This document shows positions 19,329 through 28,807 of a DNA stretch of 64,000 nucleotides, in pieces. The notes under the pieces were generated by a model. It was not told where the DNA came from. It saw nothing but the letters and a program-made list of their open reading frames with translations, and ran no database searches. Both the position numbers and the translations under genes were made by a program. How positions within the stretch are numbered: position 1 is the stretch's first letter; every line of letters starts with the position of its first letter. Source of the DNA: Candidatus Iainarchaeum sp. (GTDB taxonomy: Archaea; Iainarchaeota; Iainarchaeia; Iainarchaeales; UBA10191); assembly GCA_030649735.1 (NCBI GenBank), contig JAUSFL010000008.1, positions 85,141 through 149,140 on the forward strand, written 5' to 3'.

Positions 19329-20255
19329 ATGATTGACATTTTCTTGATTGGCCTGACTATTGTCGGCCTGATGGTTTTTGAGACTGTCTCTTCAATCGAC
19401 AATGCAGTCGTGAATGCCGACGTGCTTAGGACAATGTCGCAAAAGGCCCGCAAGTGGTTTTTGCTTTGGGGCCTTTTGTTCGCGGTTTTTGTTGTTCGCG
19501 GAATACTGCCTTGGATTATTGTCTGGCTTTCAAACCCTTCATTGGGACCTGTTGGCGCATTGACTGCAACATTCAGCTCTGACCCTGTTGTTTTGGAGGC
19601 AATTGAACAGTCAAAGCCAGTTCTTTTGATGGCTGGCGGAGTCTTCCTGGTTTTTTTGTTCTTTCACTGGCTTTTCCTGGAGGACAAAAATTTTGGCCTG
19701 CCTCACGAAAGGCATGTGCAAAAATACAGCATTTGGTTCTTTGCAGTGGTTTCAGTGCTGCTTGCATTGATTGTGTGGTTTTCAATACAGCAGAATCCAA
19801 TGATGGCTTTTGGCGCTGTTGTTGGAAGCACTGCCTTTTTCATAACTCACGGCTTTAAGGAAAATGCAGAACAGCAGGAAAAGAATTTGGTAAAGGGAAG
19901 CGCGCACTTGAGTGACTTCAGCAAAATAATGTATTTGGAAGTCATTGACACCACTTTTTCAATTGACGGGGTTGTCGGCGCTTTTGCCTTCACAATGTCT
20001 GTTCCTTTGATAATAGTTGGAAACGGCCTTGGGGCATTGGTTGTAAGGCATTTTACAATAAGCAACATTGAAAACGTGAAAAAGTACAAGTTTTTGAAAA
20101 ATGGGGCAATGTACTCTATTTTCTTTTTGGGAACCATAATGCTTTTGGAAAGCTTTGGCGCGCACATTCCGTCATTCATTTCTCCAGTATTGACTTTTGG
20201 AATCATTGGATACTTTTTCTGGAAGTCAAAGAAAGAGCTTGACAAGAAAGACTGA
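19329..20255 (+). CDS. DUF475 / TerC-like membrane protein
   Basis: SIDNAVVNA and YLEVIDTTFSIDGVVGAFA. Confidence 0.85.
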   Translation: MIDIFLIGLTIVGLMVFETVSSIDNAVVNADVLRTMSQKARKWFLLWGLLFAVFVVRGILPWIIVWLSNPSLGPVGALTATFSSDPVVLEAIEQSKPVLLMAGGVFLVFLFFHWLFLEDKNFGLPHERHVQKYSIWFFAVVSVLLALIVWFSIQQNPMMAFGAVVGSTAFFITHGFKENAEQQEKNLVKGSAHLSDFSKIMYLEVIDTTFSIDGVVGAFAFTMSVPLIIVGNGLGALVVRHFTISNIENVKKYKFLKNGAMYSIFFLGTIMLLESFGAHIPSFISPVLTFGIIGYFFWKSKKELDKKD

Positions 20256-20257
20256 TT

Positions 20258-21283
20258 TTATTCCTTGAATTTTTCAAGGAAATTCCAGGCGAGAATTTTG
20301 TAAGCCAGCAAAGCTGCCTTTTGCTCGCTTTGCGTGCTTCCTGTAATCGGAGAGACTTCGTTGATGTCAAATCCCAGAAGTTTAATTTTGTTCTTTTTGC
20401 AATAGCTTATGACTGTGTAAAGCATTTCTTCCGCGCTTTGCAGGCTCAAGCCGTGCGGCAGTGGAGTTCCAGTGCCTGGCATTTCTGAAGCATCCAATGC
20501 GTCAACGTCAAAAGTAATGTACAAGTATGGGGTTTGGATTTGCTTGCAAATCTTTCCAAGCTGGTGCTTGCTTGGCCTGCATTTCCATAAAACATTCTCT
20601 TCATTTATCCACGCGCAGTCTTTCAATTCATTCTCATAATACTGCTCTGGCATTGTCGGGCAGTAGTAAATCCAGTTCTCAATGCTTGCTTCCTTGATGT
20701 ACTCTATTTCTTCAGCCCCGATGTGGTCCCTGATTCCAACTTGAATTGCATTAAATCCCAGTTCTCTTGCATTGCGCATTATTGAAGCATGCGAAAACCT
20801 TTGGCAATCATATTCCTTGCGCAAATCCAAGTGCGCGTCAAACTGCAATACAGTTACGGTTTTCGGACTGTAAATTTCACTCATTGCCTTGAAAGCCCCG
20901 TTAGGTATTGAATGCTCTCCGCCAAAAAGCGCGAGCAATTTTCCATGCTCTAATGCATTCTTTGAAAAGTTTTGCACATCAGCAACCATTCCATCCATTG
21001 CCTTGCAGACTTTCTTTCCAGAAACTTTAGGATATGCCAAAATTCCTGCATTGTGAATTTTAACAAATTCAGTCAGGCTTTTTCCAAAAACAGGCAGTTC
21101 ATACTCGATTTGATATGAAGCATCAATCAATGCCTTTGGGCCATTGCAGGTTCCCTTGCAGTAAGAAGCAGTCAAGTCAACGGCCACGCCCAATAATGCA
21201 ACTTGCGCCTCATTGAATGACGGGTTTTTTTCATTGTCCAGGAAAGTCGCTTTTGCTTTTTTCAAAGTTCCGGAAAATTTCAT
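20258..21283 (-). CDS. speB: Agmatinase (arginase family)
   Basis: GGEHSI, DAHLD, SHAS, TFDVDALD, PGTGTP. Confidence 0.88.
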   Translation of the reverse strand: MKFSGTLKKAKATFLDNEKNPSFNEAQVALLGVAVDLTASYCKGTCNGPKALIDASYQIEYELPVFGKSLTEFVKIHNAGILAYPKVSGKKVCKAMDGMVADVQNFSKNALEHGKLLALFGGEHSIPNGAFKAMSEIYSPKTVTVLQFDAHLDLRKEYDCQRFSHASIMRNARELGFNAIQVGIRDHIGAEEIEYIKEASIENWIYYCPTMPEQYYENELKDCAWINEENVLWKCRPSKHQLGKICKQIQTPYLYITFDVDALDASEMPGTGTPLPHGLSLQSAEEMLYTVISYCKKNKIKLLGFDINEVSPITGSTQSEQKAALLAYKILAWNFLEKFKE

Positions 21284-22374
21284 TACTTTTCCTTCTTTTT
21301 CTCGGCTTGCCTTTTCTTCATTAAAGTGTCATAGAATTCGTTCTTCTTGTCAAACAGTCTCTTGTGCTCGCGTGGCTTGCATTCTTCAAGCACATAGCCC
21401 ACAAGCAATGGAGCAATTACGCTGTATTCCCCCCAAATTTGCACAAGGCCTTTAGTGGCGTCCTTGTATTTTCCCCAAGTGACTGCCTCGGAAAAAGTGC
21501 AGCCGCTTAAGCCGCCGTCTCTCTCAAATGCAGTGGTAACTTGAATTCCGCGGTCTGCTCCTTCAAAATTCACTCCTAAAATCTGGTTTAGTGTTGGAGC
21601 AAGGGTCTGGATCCAGTTCTTTGGGCCTCCGCCGCCCAATTCAAAAAACCCTAATTGCGGGCTGTTGAAAACAATTGACGCGCCTTCAAGCATGCTTCTT
21701 GAAGGGCTCATGTCAACATTAAAGCCGTCGGCAAACAAGTCTGCATTGTTCATTCCAATCGAATGGTTTGATTCAGAATCCAAAAACAATGGAACTCCAT
21801 GTTTTGCCGCTGCAGCAACCCAGGAATTCTCTGGCTTTGGCGCATTCTCCAAAATGTACTTTCCCCACGCATTGCAGTAATCAGCGCTGGAGCGGATTTG
21901 GTCAGGCTTTAAGGTTTTTGCAAACTTCCTGAAAATCTCGTCTTGGTCCATTAAAGTCTCTTCCATTCGAATGTTAATGTCATAAATTCTAGTGGTTCCG
22001 TCAGCGTCCATTGCATTATCGTCAACTTTTGGACTGCCTTGCACTACTGGCAGGTCAAAGGCAAAATGCCCGTCATGGTACACTTGCGCTCCAGTAGAGC
22101 AAATTGCGTCAACAAATCCTGCATTAATCAAGTCAATAATGTAGCCGCCCATGCCGCCTACAGGCCCTGCGCCTGAAACTCCAAGCCATACAGTGTCTCC
22201 AGAATCAACCATGTACTTGAACAGTTTTGCGCCTGCAAAAACATTCCTTGCTTCAAAGCAAGTAGCGCCAAAGTTTTCAATAATGTCTGCAATTCCTGCC
22301 TTTGGCTTCCAATGCACTGGCTCTATCTTCCTGCCTTGCATGAACTTGCTGTGCTTCCAGTCAGAGTGCTTCAT
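21283..22374 (-). CDS. Deoxyhypusine synthase family protein
   Basis: TGAQVYHD, RIYD, GGGGPKN, DGGLSGCTFSEAVTWGK (catalytic Lys retained); start probably ATG 22374. Confidence 0.88.
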   Translation of the reverse strand: MKHSDWKHSKFMQGRKIEPVHWKPKAGIADIIENFGATCFEARNVFAGAKLFKYMVDSGDTVWLGVSGAGPVGGMGGYIIDLINAGFVDAICSTGAQVYHDGHFAFDLPVVQGSPKVDDNAMDADGTTRIYDINIRMEETLMDQDEIFRKFAKTLKPDQIRSSADYCNAWGKYILENAPKPENSWVAAAAKHGVPLFLDSESNHSIGMNNADLFADGFNVDMSPSRSMLEGASIVFNSPQLGFFELGGGGPKNWIQTLAPTLNQILGVNFEGADRGIQVTTAFERDGGLSGCTFSEAVTWGKYKDATKGLVQIWGEYSVIAPLLVGYVLEECKPREHKRLFDKKNEFYDTLMKKRQAEKKKEK

Positions 22375-22472
22375 AAAGCATTCTAGAAGCATAAAGCCTT
22401 TAAAACTTACAATTAGCAAGCCTGCTTTGGAAACCAATAGTCTTTATTACCAGCTTGAACTAATTCTTTCAA

Positions 22473-23243
22473 ATGACAAACCTTGTCTTAAGCGCTTGCC
22501 TTCTTTTGTTTTTGGCATTGCTGGCCACCGGCTGTATTGAAAGCAATGAAAGCGGCAAGTATTTTGAAATAGTCCTGCAAGACCCTTACTGTAATGGCTC
22601 TGCCTGCTTTGACGAACTGCTTTTTTTGGAAGACGGGCTTGTTTTGAAAAAGCAGCAAATCCAAGGCAATGATTACACAGTTTCCTTCTGCCAAACCACG
22701 CCGTCAGAATTCAATTCATTGCTTTCTGAAATCGCCAAAGGCTTGAAAGCAAGCAGGTTTGAAGAATGCAATTCTTGTGCAAAATACCATTTGTTCTACA
22801 ATGACGGCAAAGAATCAAAATACTCTAGCGTTAAGGCCGAGTCAGCGGCTTTTGAAAAGCAAGTCTTTGCAAAAGCGCAAAAGCTTTGCGCAATGCCATC
22901 AAATGCAGAATTATTTCATGTTATCTCCGGCAAAGGCAATTCTTTCAAAGACTATCACGTTTTCTCCAATGGAATTGTTGTTTTTGAAAAGTTCGGAATG
23001 AAAGACGGCGAACTCTTGGAGTCAAAGGTTTCAATGCTCAAGGCAGGAGAATTTGAAGAATTGAAAAAGCAAATTCCTGCAAAATCTTTCGAGACCGAAA
23101 CTTTAGACAATTGCCCTGCCAATGGATTCTTTTACGGTTTTGTTGAAGCAAAGCTTAGCGATAATTATGATTATGCTTTCACTTGCGGGGACAGCACGCC
23201 TAAAGGAATCGCATTCCAGAATCTTGCGGGGCGGTTTTCTTGA
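22473..23243 (+). CDS. Cys-rich putative lipoprotein
   Basis: LATGC lipobox-like; two similar halves containing Cys pairs. Confidence 0.6.
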   Translation: MTNLVLSACLLLFLALLATGCIESNESGKYFEIVLQDPYCNGSACFDELLFLEDGLVLKKQQIQGNDYTVSFCQTTPSEFNSLLSEIAKGLKASRFEECNSCAKYHLFYNDGKESKYSSVKAESAAFEKQVFAKAQKLCAMPSNAELFHVISGKGNSFKDYHVFSNGIVVFEKFGMKDGELLESKVSMLKAGEFEELKKQIPAKSFETETLDNCPANGFFYGFVEAKLSDNYDYAFTCGDSTPKGIAFQNLAGRFS

Positions 23244-24106
23244 AAGAAAAATTTTTCACTGCATTGGCATTGATTTTTGCAGCGGGCTTTGCAAGCGCGA
23301 TAGTGATAATTCCGCCAGTTGTTTATGTTGCGACAATTTCAATTCTTTCAATAATATTCAACATGATTGCCGGGTTTTTCTGCTGGCTGGCAATTCAAGG
23401 AATTGCCTCGAAAACAGTTTTTGGCAAAAAGCTTGACTCTGTCTTGGAAACAGCAATTCCAGTTTTTGGAAAAATTCTTTTTGCACTCTTGCTTACTGTA
23501 GTCTTTTCCTTCTTTTTTTCGCCTTCAGGCATTCAAGAAATCCTGCTTGCTTCAGCAGCAATTACTCTAGTGTTTTTTCTGGCATTACTTTTGTCAAACT
23601 ATAGGCAAATCAGAAACTCTCCAGAAAAAGGCAGGAAGCAATTCCCCAGCATTGCTGTTTCAAGCATTCTGGTTTTTGCAATAGTTTCAGCGTCAATTTT
23701 CTTCTCAGTCACTTTTGCTCCAATAAGCCAAGCCCAAAGGCCATTGCTTGATGATTCTGCATTTGGAGTTTCAAAATCACAATCAGCTCCTGCTGAATCA
23801 ATCTCTAGGCCTTCAACAGATTCAGAAAAAAATTATTTAACGAATGAATTGTGGCTTGTTCCTTCAAGCATTGAAGCCTGCAAGCTTTCAGTCAATGGCA
23901 TAGAACAATTCTCTTTTACTCCTTCAAAGAATTGCTTTGAAAGAACCGCGAGCGGATTTGAAAAGACATTTTGCCCAATAAAAATCACTCCAGCGCTTTT
24001 CGAAAGCCTTGGCGAAACCATGGAGCTTTCTGCTTCTGGAAGCTGTTCTGGAAAGCTTTCAGCAAAAATCTCCAACAACCAGTTTGAGGTTTTGGGTAAT
24101 GAATGA
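23240..24106 (+). CDS. Hypothetical membrane protein
   Basis: Several TM segments followed by a Cys-containing soluble domain; overlaps neighbours as in an operon. Confidence 0.65.
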   Translation: MKEKFFTALALIFAAGFASAIVIIPPVVYVATISILSIIFNMIAGFFCWLAIQGIASKTVFGKKLDSVLETAIPVFGKILFALLLTVVFSFFFSPSGIQEILLASAAITLVFFLALLLSNYRQIRNSPEKGRKQFPSIAVSSILVFAIVSASIFFSVTFAPISQAQRPLLDDSAFGVSKSQSAPAESISRPSTDSEKNYLTNELWLVPSSIEACKLSVNGIEQFSFTPSKNCFERTASGFEKTFCPIKITPALFESLGETMELSASGSCSGKLSAKISNNQFEVLGNE

Positions 24107-25568
24107 AAAAGCCACACCAGATGCAATTATGGCCCGCGAAGAGCGAAGAGTTTTTGCAGGGAATTGGAAGCCTTGGGCAATGAATGAAAGTATAATGGCG
24201 GAGATTTTTCAAGCAGCCAAAGCGCAGGAGCTTTTTGCAGGAAAAACAATTGTTTTTGAAAAGAACGAAAACTCTACTTTAGGCCAGAAAGTGAAGCCTT
24301 GCAGCACTGAATTCTTTGAACTGCTTTTCAACAGGGATTACTGGCAATTCCATGCAAGCCTTGGGCTTTCAGGAATTCCGTTCAAAAGCAATTACGCAAG
24401 CTTTGTTTCCAGCGAGCTCTTGTTCTGCAAAAACACTGAAAGAAGATTTCTTGACATTGTTGGATTTGAAAAAGAGTTCAGAATTTCCAAGGCGGGGCAA
24501 ATCATTGAGGCAACGCCAATCAGCTTGGCAAATATGATGTTTGCAATTGCAATGCCTTTCGAGCTCGCGCGCAATTCAGCAAGCGTTTCAATTTCCGCAT
24601 TCAAGATTAATTCAATGCTTGATTCTTTCGAAAGGCATTTCCAGGATTCAATGCACTTTTGGGAGCAAAACCAGGTTCCGCAAAACCCTGCAGAAATTGC
24701 AAAGCAAGCCATTGAAGGCGCGTTGCAGTCAATGAATTATTCCCTTGCATCCTCTATTGCGGCTTCCCTTAAAATTGGCTTGAAGAACTGCTTTGCGACA
24801 AAAAACAGCATTTTGGAAAACGCGATCGCTTCAGCGAATTCAAAATCTTTTGAAGAAACCTCAAGCGAGTTCGGGTTTTTCTCGCTGACTCCTTACGATG
24901 TTTCAATGCCTTTTCTTTCAGAAAGCAAGGAAGTTTTTGGGCTCTTGAAACAACTTCCAGCCCCTAAAGGAAAGCATTACCTCCTGCGCGAAAACTCAAG
25001 GCTTTGCGCTGCAATGCACTTGTCAGTTCTCCGCAATTGCTTTCTGCAAACAGCAAAGCGCACAATAATTGACGACCTTGCATTTTACCTAAAGCCTTCA
25101 GAGCTTTCGCTTGCTTTCTCCAATACCGCAAGCGCGAGAAAGCTTTGCCTTGAAAGGAAAGAAAAGCACTTGCTGGATTCTAAAGAGCTATTACCGAAAA
25201 GAATCGCATTCTTTGAAGGCAAGGCATTCTTTGAAGGAATTAAGGAAAGCAGCGAAATTTCCGGGTTGGGTGTTGGCGCGCAAAAGACAGCAAAAGGCAG
25301 GCTTGTTTTTGTCAAAGGCCCTGAAGACTTTGAGAAAGTCAAAAAAGGAGACATTATTTTCAGCAAAAACTTTTCCCCAGAGCTTGTAGTGTTCTACAGC
25401 AAATGCTCTGCTGTATTGAGCGAGAATGGAAGCATGCTTTCGCATAGCGCGATTGTCGCGCGCGAGCAAGACTTGCCGTGCATTGTGCAATTGAAAGGCT
25501 TGCAGTTATTGAAGGAAAACTCAATTGTGGAAATTAACGGAAAAACAGGAAAAGTCAAAACCCAGTAG
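24099..25568 (+). CDS. Protein with C-terminal PEP-utilising phosphohistidine (swivel) domain
   Basis: KGDIIFS...SENGSMLSHSAIVAREQDLPCIV...VEINGKTG; start probably ATG 24099. Confidence 0.8.
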   Translation: MNEKATPDAIMAREERRVFAGNWKPWAMNESIMAEIFQAAKAQELFAGKTIVFEKNENSTLGQKVKPCSTEFFELLFNRDYWQFHASLGLSGIPFKSNYASFVSSELLFCKNTERRFLDIVGFEKEFRISKAGQIIEATPISLANMMFAIAMPFELARNSASVSISAFKINSMLDSFERHFQDSMHFWEQNQVPQNPAEIAKQAIEGALQSMNYSLASSIAASLKIGLKNCFATKNSILENAIASANSKSFEETSSEFGFFSLTPYDVSMPFLSESKEVFGLLKQLPAPKGKHYLLRENSRLCAAMHLSVLRNCFLQTAKRTIIDDLAFYLKPSELSLAFSNTASARKLCLERKEKHLLDSKELLPKRIAFFEGKAFFEGIKESSEISGLGVGAQKTAKGRLVFVKGPEDFEKVKKGDIIFSKNFSPELVVFYSKCSAVLSENGSMLSHSAIVAREQDLPCIVQLKGLQLLKENSIVEINGKTGKVKTQ

Positions 25569-25617
25569 GCGCTTTAAGCTGCAAAAAGCTTATTTATCTG
25601 GAAAACTTAATTCTTTC

Positions 25618-25794
25618 ATGGAATTGCTCACAAAGCTTTTTGAAATAAGGCTTGCTAAAAGCGCAAGCCTTCAAGACTTGATTGAAACTTATTTTTCAAA
25701 AAATCTCGCGCGTAATGAAACAAGGCTTCGCTATTTCATTGTCTCGTCAGGAAAGAAAAGCCTGAAAGTCGAGGCAACATTTTTGAGGGAGTGA
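25618..25794 (+). CDS. Small hypothetical protein (58 aa) upstream of DUF3326
   Basis: MELLTKLFEIRL...LRYFIVSS..KVEATF; ends 6 nt before the next gene. Confidence 0.55.
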   Translation: MELLTKLFEIRLAKSASLQDLIETYFSKNLARNETRLRYFIVSSGKKSLKVEATFLRE

Positions 25795-25800
25795 AATTCT

Positions 25801-26868
25801 TTGGAAGAAAAATTCATTGCAGTCCACGTTGTTCCCACCGGAATTGGAGCAAGCATTGGCGGTTTTGTCGGAGACGCTGTTCCAGCAAACAACTTATTGG
25901 CAAGCGTTTGCGACAATTTGATAATGCACCCTAATGTCGTGAATGGCGTTGCATTGAATCTCATGCGCGAAAACTGTTATTACGTTGAAGGGTTTTTCCT
26001 TGATTCTTTCTTTCTAGAAAAAATCGCATTAAGGCAGGTATTCTCCAACAAAATTGGAATAGTCCTGGATTCTGGCTGCAAGGACAAGGAAGCATTGGAC
26101 TTGGCAATGAACACTATTGACGCAATCCGCACAAACAAGGGAATTCAAGTCATTGACATTTTGGAAACTGAAAAAGCCGTTGGCGGAAAATCACTCCGCA
26201 CTAAATCCGGCGCCTTTTTGGGAACAGTCGCAAATGCAGAAGCATTCATCAAGCCAGCGCTAAAGCTTAAAGAGAAAGGCGCTTCAGCAATTGCTTTGGC
26301 AACTTACATTACAGTTGAAGAAAAATACCTTTCGCTTTACTTTAAGGGAAAAGGCCCAAACCCTTACGGCGGCCTTGAAGCATTGATTTCTCACGCGACT
26401 TCATTCAAAACGCGCCTGCCTTGCGCTCACGCTCCGTTGGTTTCAACAAAGGAAATAAAGCGTTTCATGTTTGCAGGAATCGTGGACCCGCGTGCCGCGG
26501 CAGAAGCAATAGGTCCTGCATACTTGGGCTGTGTTCTTCAAGGCCTTAGGAAAGCCCCGCAGGCAATTCCAAAATTCAAGGCAGAAGACACTGACATAAA
26601 GCTTGAGAACATCAGTGCTTTAGTGTGCCCTGCAGAAGCAATGGGCGGAATTCCAATGCTCGCGTGCGAAAAAAAAGGCATTCCAATAATTGGCGTGAAA
26701 GAAAACAAGACAGTGCTTAAAGTCTCGGCAAAATCGCTTGGCTTGAAGAACGCAGTAATAGTCGACAATTACTTGGAAGCAGCAGGAGTTCTTGCTGCAT
26801 TAAAGGAAGGCATTGACATAAAGTCAGTCCGCAGGCCTTTCCCGAAACTCGCATTCCACAAAAAATGA
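25801..26868 (+). CDS. DUF3326-family protein
   Basis: VVPTGIGASIGGFVGDAVP, HPNVVNG, GGLEALISH, PCAHAP, DPRAAAE, CVLQGL. Confidence 0.8.
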   Translation: MEEKFIAVHVVPTGIGASIGGFVGDAVPANNLLASVCDNLIMHPNVVNGVALNLMRENCYYVEGFFLDSFFLEKIALRQVFSNKIGIVLDSGCKDKEALDLAMNTIDAIRTNKGIQVIDILETEKAVGGKSLRTKSGAFLGTVANAEAFIKPALKLKEKGASAIALATYITVEEKYLSLYFKGKGPNPYGGLEALISHATSFKTRLPCAHAPLVSTKEIKRFMFAGIVDPRAAAEAIGPAYLGCVLQGLRKAPQAIPKFKAEDTDIKLENISALVCPAEAMGGIPMLACEKKGIPIIGVKENKTVLKVSAKSLGLKNAVIVDNYLEAAGVLAALKEGIDIKSVRRPFPKLAFHKK

Positions 26869-26915
26869 AATTCTCGTCTCCCAACTCTCAAGAGCGGGTG
26901 TGAAGCCATAATTGA

Positions 26916-27785
26916 CTATTTTTTTGTCGGGAGCGGCAAAGAGATTTTCATTTGTTTTTCAGTCACCACTTTGCCAAAAAAGTCATAGCCCGCAATGCTC
27001 AAAACTTGTTCTCCTGCCACAAATACGTTTGAATAGCCATAAACGCAAAATGTTCCAGTGCCGTGTTCAATCCAGCTCTTTGCAGGATTTCCTTCCAAGT
27101 TCACTATTCCAACTCCATCCGTGACTTCTTTGCCGCCTACATTGATTGGGAGCTTTTGTAGATTTGCTGGCAAATTTCCATCGTTCACAAAGTTTACGCA
27201 TGCATTTTGCAGCGCATTTCCCCAGTATTCAGAATAGAACCATTTAGGTCCTATTTTTTCAATCCTGACATTGGCGTCTGATACTATCAAGTCTTTTTCA
27301 AATATCACGACATCATCATCTTTCATAATTATTTTGTATGTTCCGGCTGGCGGAATAGCATACTTGCCATCAGTCATAGTCATTGAACTATAATCGCAAG
27401 AACCTGCAGAAGTGCTAGATTCATCCATTATGTTCCCTTCAGGATCTATCAAACTTACCCCAAATCTTTCAAAATTCTGTTTGGATGTTTTAGTCGAGCA
27501 ATACTTAATTATCATAAGGACATAGCTATCGCCACCAATAATATTCCAGCTAGTGAGTTCAACTGTGGGCCTTGGTTCTTCTATGGGCTTGGAAGGCTCA
27601 ACAGATCCGTCGGGCAAGGCTGCAGGCTCAAGCCCTGATGTAGGTTGGTTAGTTGTTTCAGGCCCTGTCTGATTGGCTTTGTTGCCCGCATTTTGCGATG
27701 CGCAGCCGCTGATAAAAAGAATGCCAATAAATAGAATCAGCAATGAAAAATGGTTCGCTTTGTTTTGAACGAATTCTAATTTCAT
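26916..27785 (-). CDS. Hypothetical lipoprotein
   Basis: ISGC lipobox-like, Pro/Thr-rich linker, beta-rich domains. Confidence 0.65.
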   Translation of the reverse strand: MKLEFVQNKANHFSLLILFIGILFISGCASQNAGNKANQTGPETTNQPTSGLEPAALPDGSVEPSKPIEEPRPTVELTSWNIIGGDSYVLMIIKYCSTKTSKQNFERFGVSLIDPEGNIMDESSTSAGSCDYSSMTMTDGKYAIPPAGTYKIIMKDDDVVIFEKDLIVSDANVRIEKIGPKWFYSEYWGNALQNACVNFVNDGNLPANLQKLPINVGGKEVTDGVGIVNLEGNPAKSWIEHGTGTFCVYGYSNVFVAGEQVLSIAGYDFFGKVVTEKQMKISLPLPTKK

Positions 27786-27985
27786 ACTGGTATAATCATT
27801 CGAGAGTATATTAATTTTGGCTTTTCCTGTTTGAATTATCGCTCAAATGAGTTTGCTTGTTTAATCTAGCGATAACCATTAGCCATTAGAACAGATTTGT
27901 AATTGCTGGTGTATTCCCGCCGCCCAACTTCCGGCTGGGAGTGTAAATCTGGGGGGTATTTAAATTATTTGAAGTTATTTTTTTT

Positions 27986-28615
27986 GTGCCTAAAAGAATT
28001 TTCAAGAAACCAACAAAATTGCGCGGCGAAAGAGCCATTAAGAAAAGCCATCTGAGGATTCTTGCCGACTTGGATCGGGCCAAAGGCAAGCAGGACATTA
28101 AACAAATTGTTTCCAACTGGATGCGCAACAAGACTGCTGAGCAAAGGCAATTGCTGCAAAAATTAGAGCGGGAAAGAGTCGCAAAGGGCAAACGTTCTCG
28201 TGAAGAAGGAGCAAGGCTTGCTAAAGAAATTGACCAATTATACACTTTAGGAAAACAAGCAGGGCTCATGGTTTTTGGAATTGGCGGCACACTAAGCAGA
28301 ATCCATTACGGCAACAGGCTTAATGCCTTAATAAGCTACAGGAACAATTGTGCAACCTTAATTTCAGCGTTAGAACTAATTAAAGAGAAAAAACTGGCTT
28401 ACTCTGGCATGCTTTCCAAGGAAGAAAGAATACGATATTTTAGAGACTTGCCAATGCCGCCGCAAGCCGAACTTGAAATGCTTGAAGAGTATTTGGGAGC
28501 AGTTCAAAAAATAGTTGAAATGACTGAAAGAGAACCAGAATCCAAACAATGGGATCAACTGACTATTGCTTTGAATACTTGCCTATTAGCATTGTCAAAA
28601 AAACACGGGGTCTGA
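27986..28615 (+). CDS. Basic orphan protein in tRNA-Tyr cassette
   Basis: 209-aa helical ORF ending 9 nt before the tRNA-Tyr 3' end. Confidence 0.6.
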   Translation: MPKRIFKKPTKLRGERAIKKSHLRILADLDRAKGKQDIKQIVSNWMRNKTAEQRQLLQKLERERVAKGKRSREEGARLAKEIDQLYTLGKQAGLMVFGIGGTLSRIHYGNRLNALISYRNNCATLISALELIKEKKLAYSGMLSKEERIRYFRDLPMPPQAELEMLEEYLGAVQKIVEMTEREPESKQWDQLTIALNTCLLALSKKHGV

Positions 28616-28624
28616 TAATAAGTT

Positions 28625-28761
28625 TCCCGCCTCCCAGATTTGCACTGGGGACCTTCCGGTTCCCGCGCCCAGTCCATTTTGGAAAGGGCCAAAGGCATCA
28701 GAAAAATTTCTGACGTTCTAATTCTACAGCCGGACGCTCTAACTAACTGAGCTAAGGCAGG
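28625..28761 (-). tRNA. tRNA-Tyr(GTA) with 63-nt intron (28661-28723)
   Basis: C1-G72 acceptor CCTGCCT/AGGCGGG-A, anticodon stem TCCGG/CCGGA, CT-GTA-G|A; relaxed BHB. Confidence 0.92.
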
Positions 28762-28807
28762 GTTTTCAAATTGAAAACTGCTGACAAAAGAGTGTGAAGA
28801 ATTGCTT

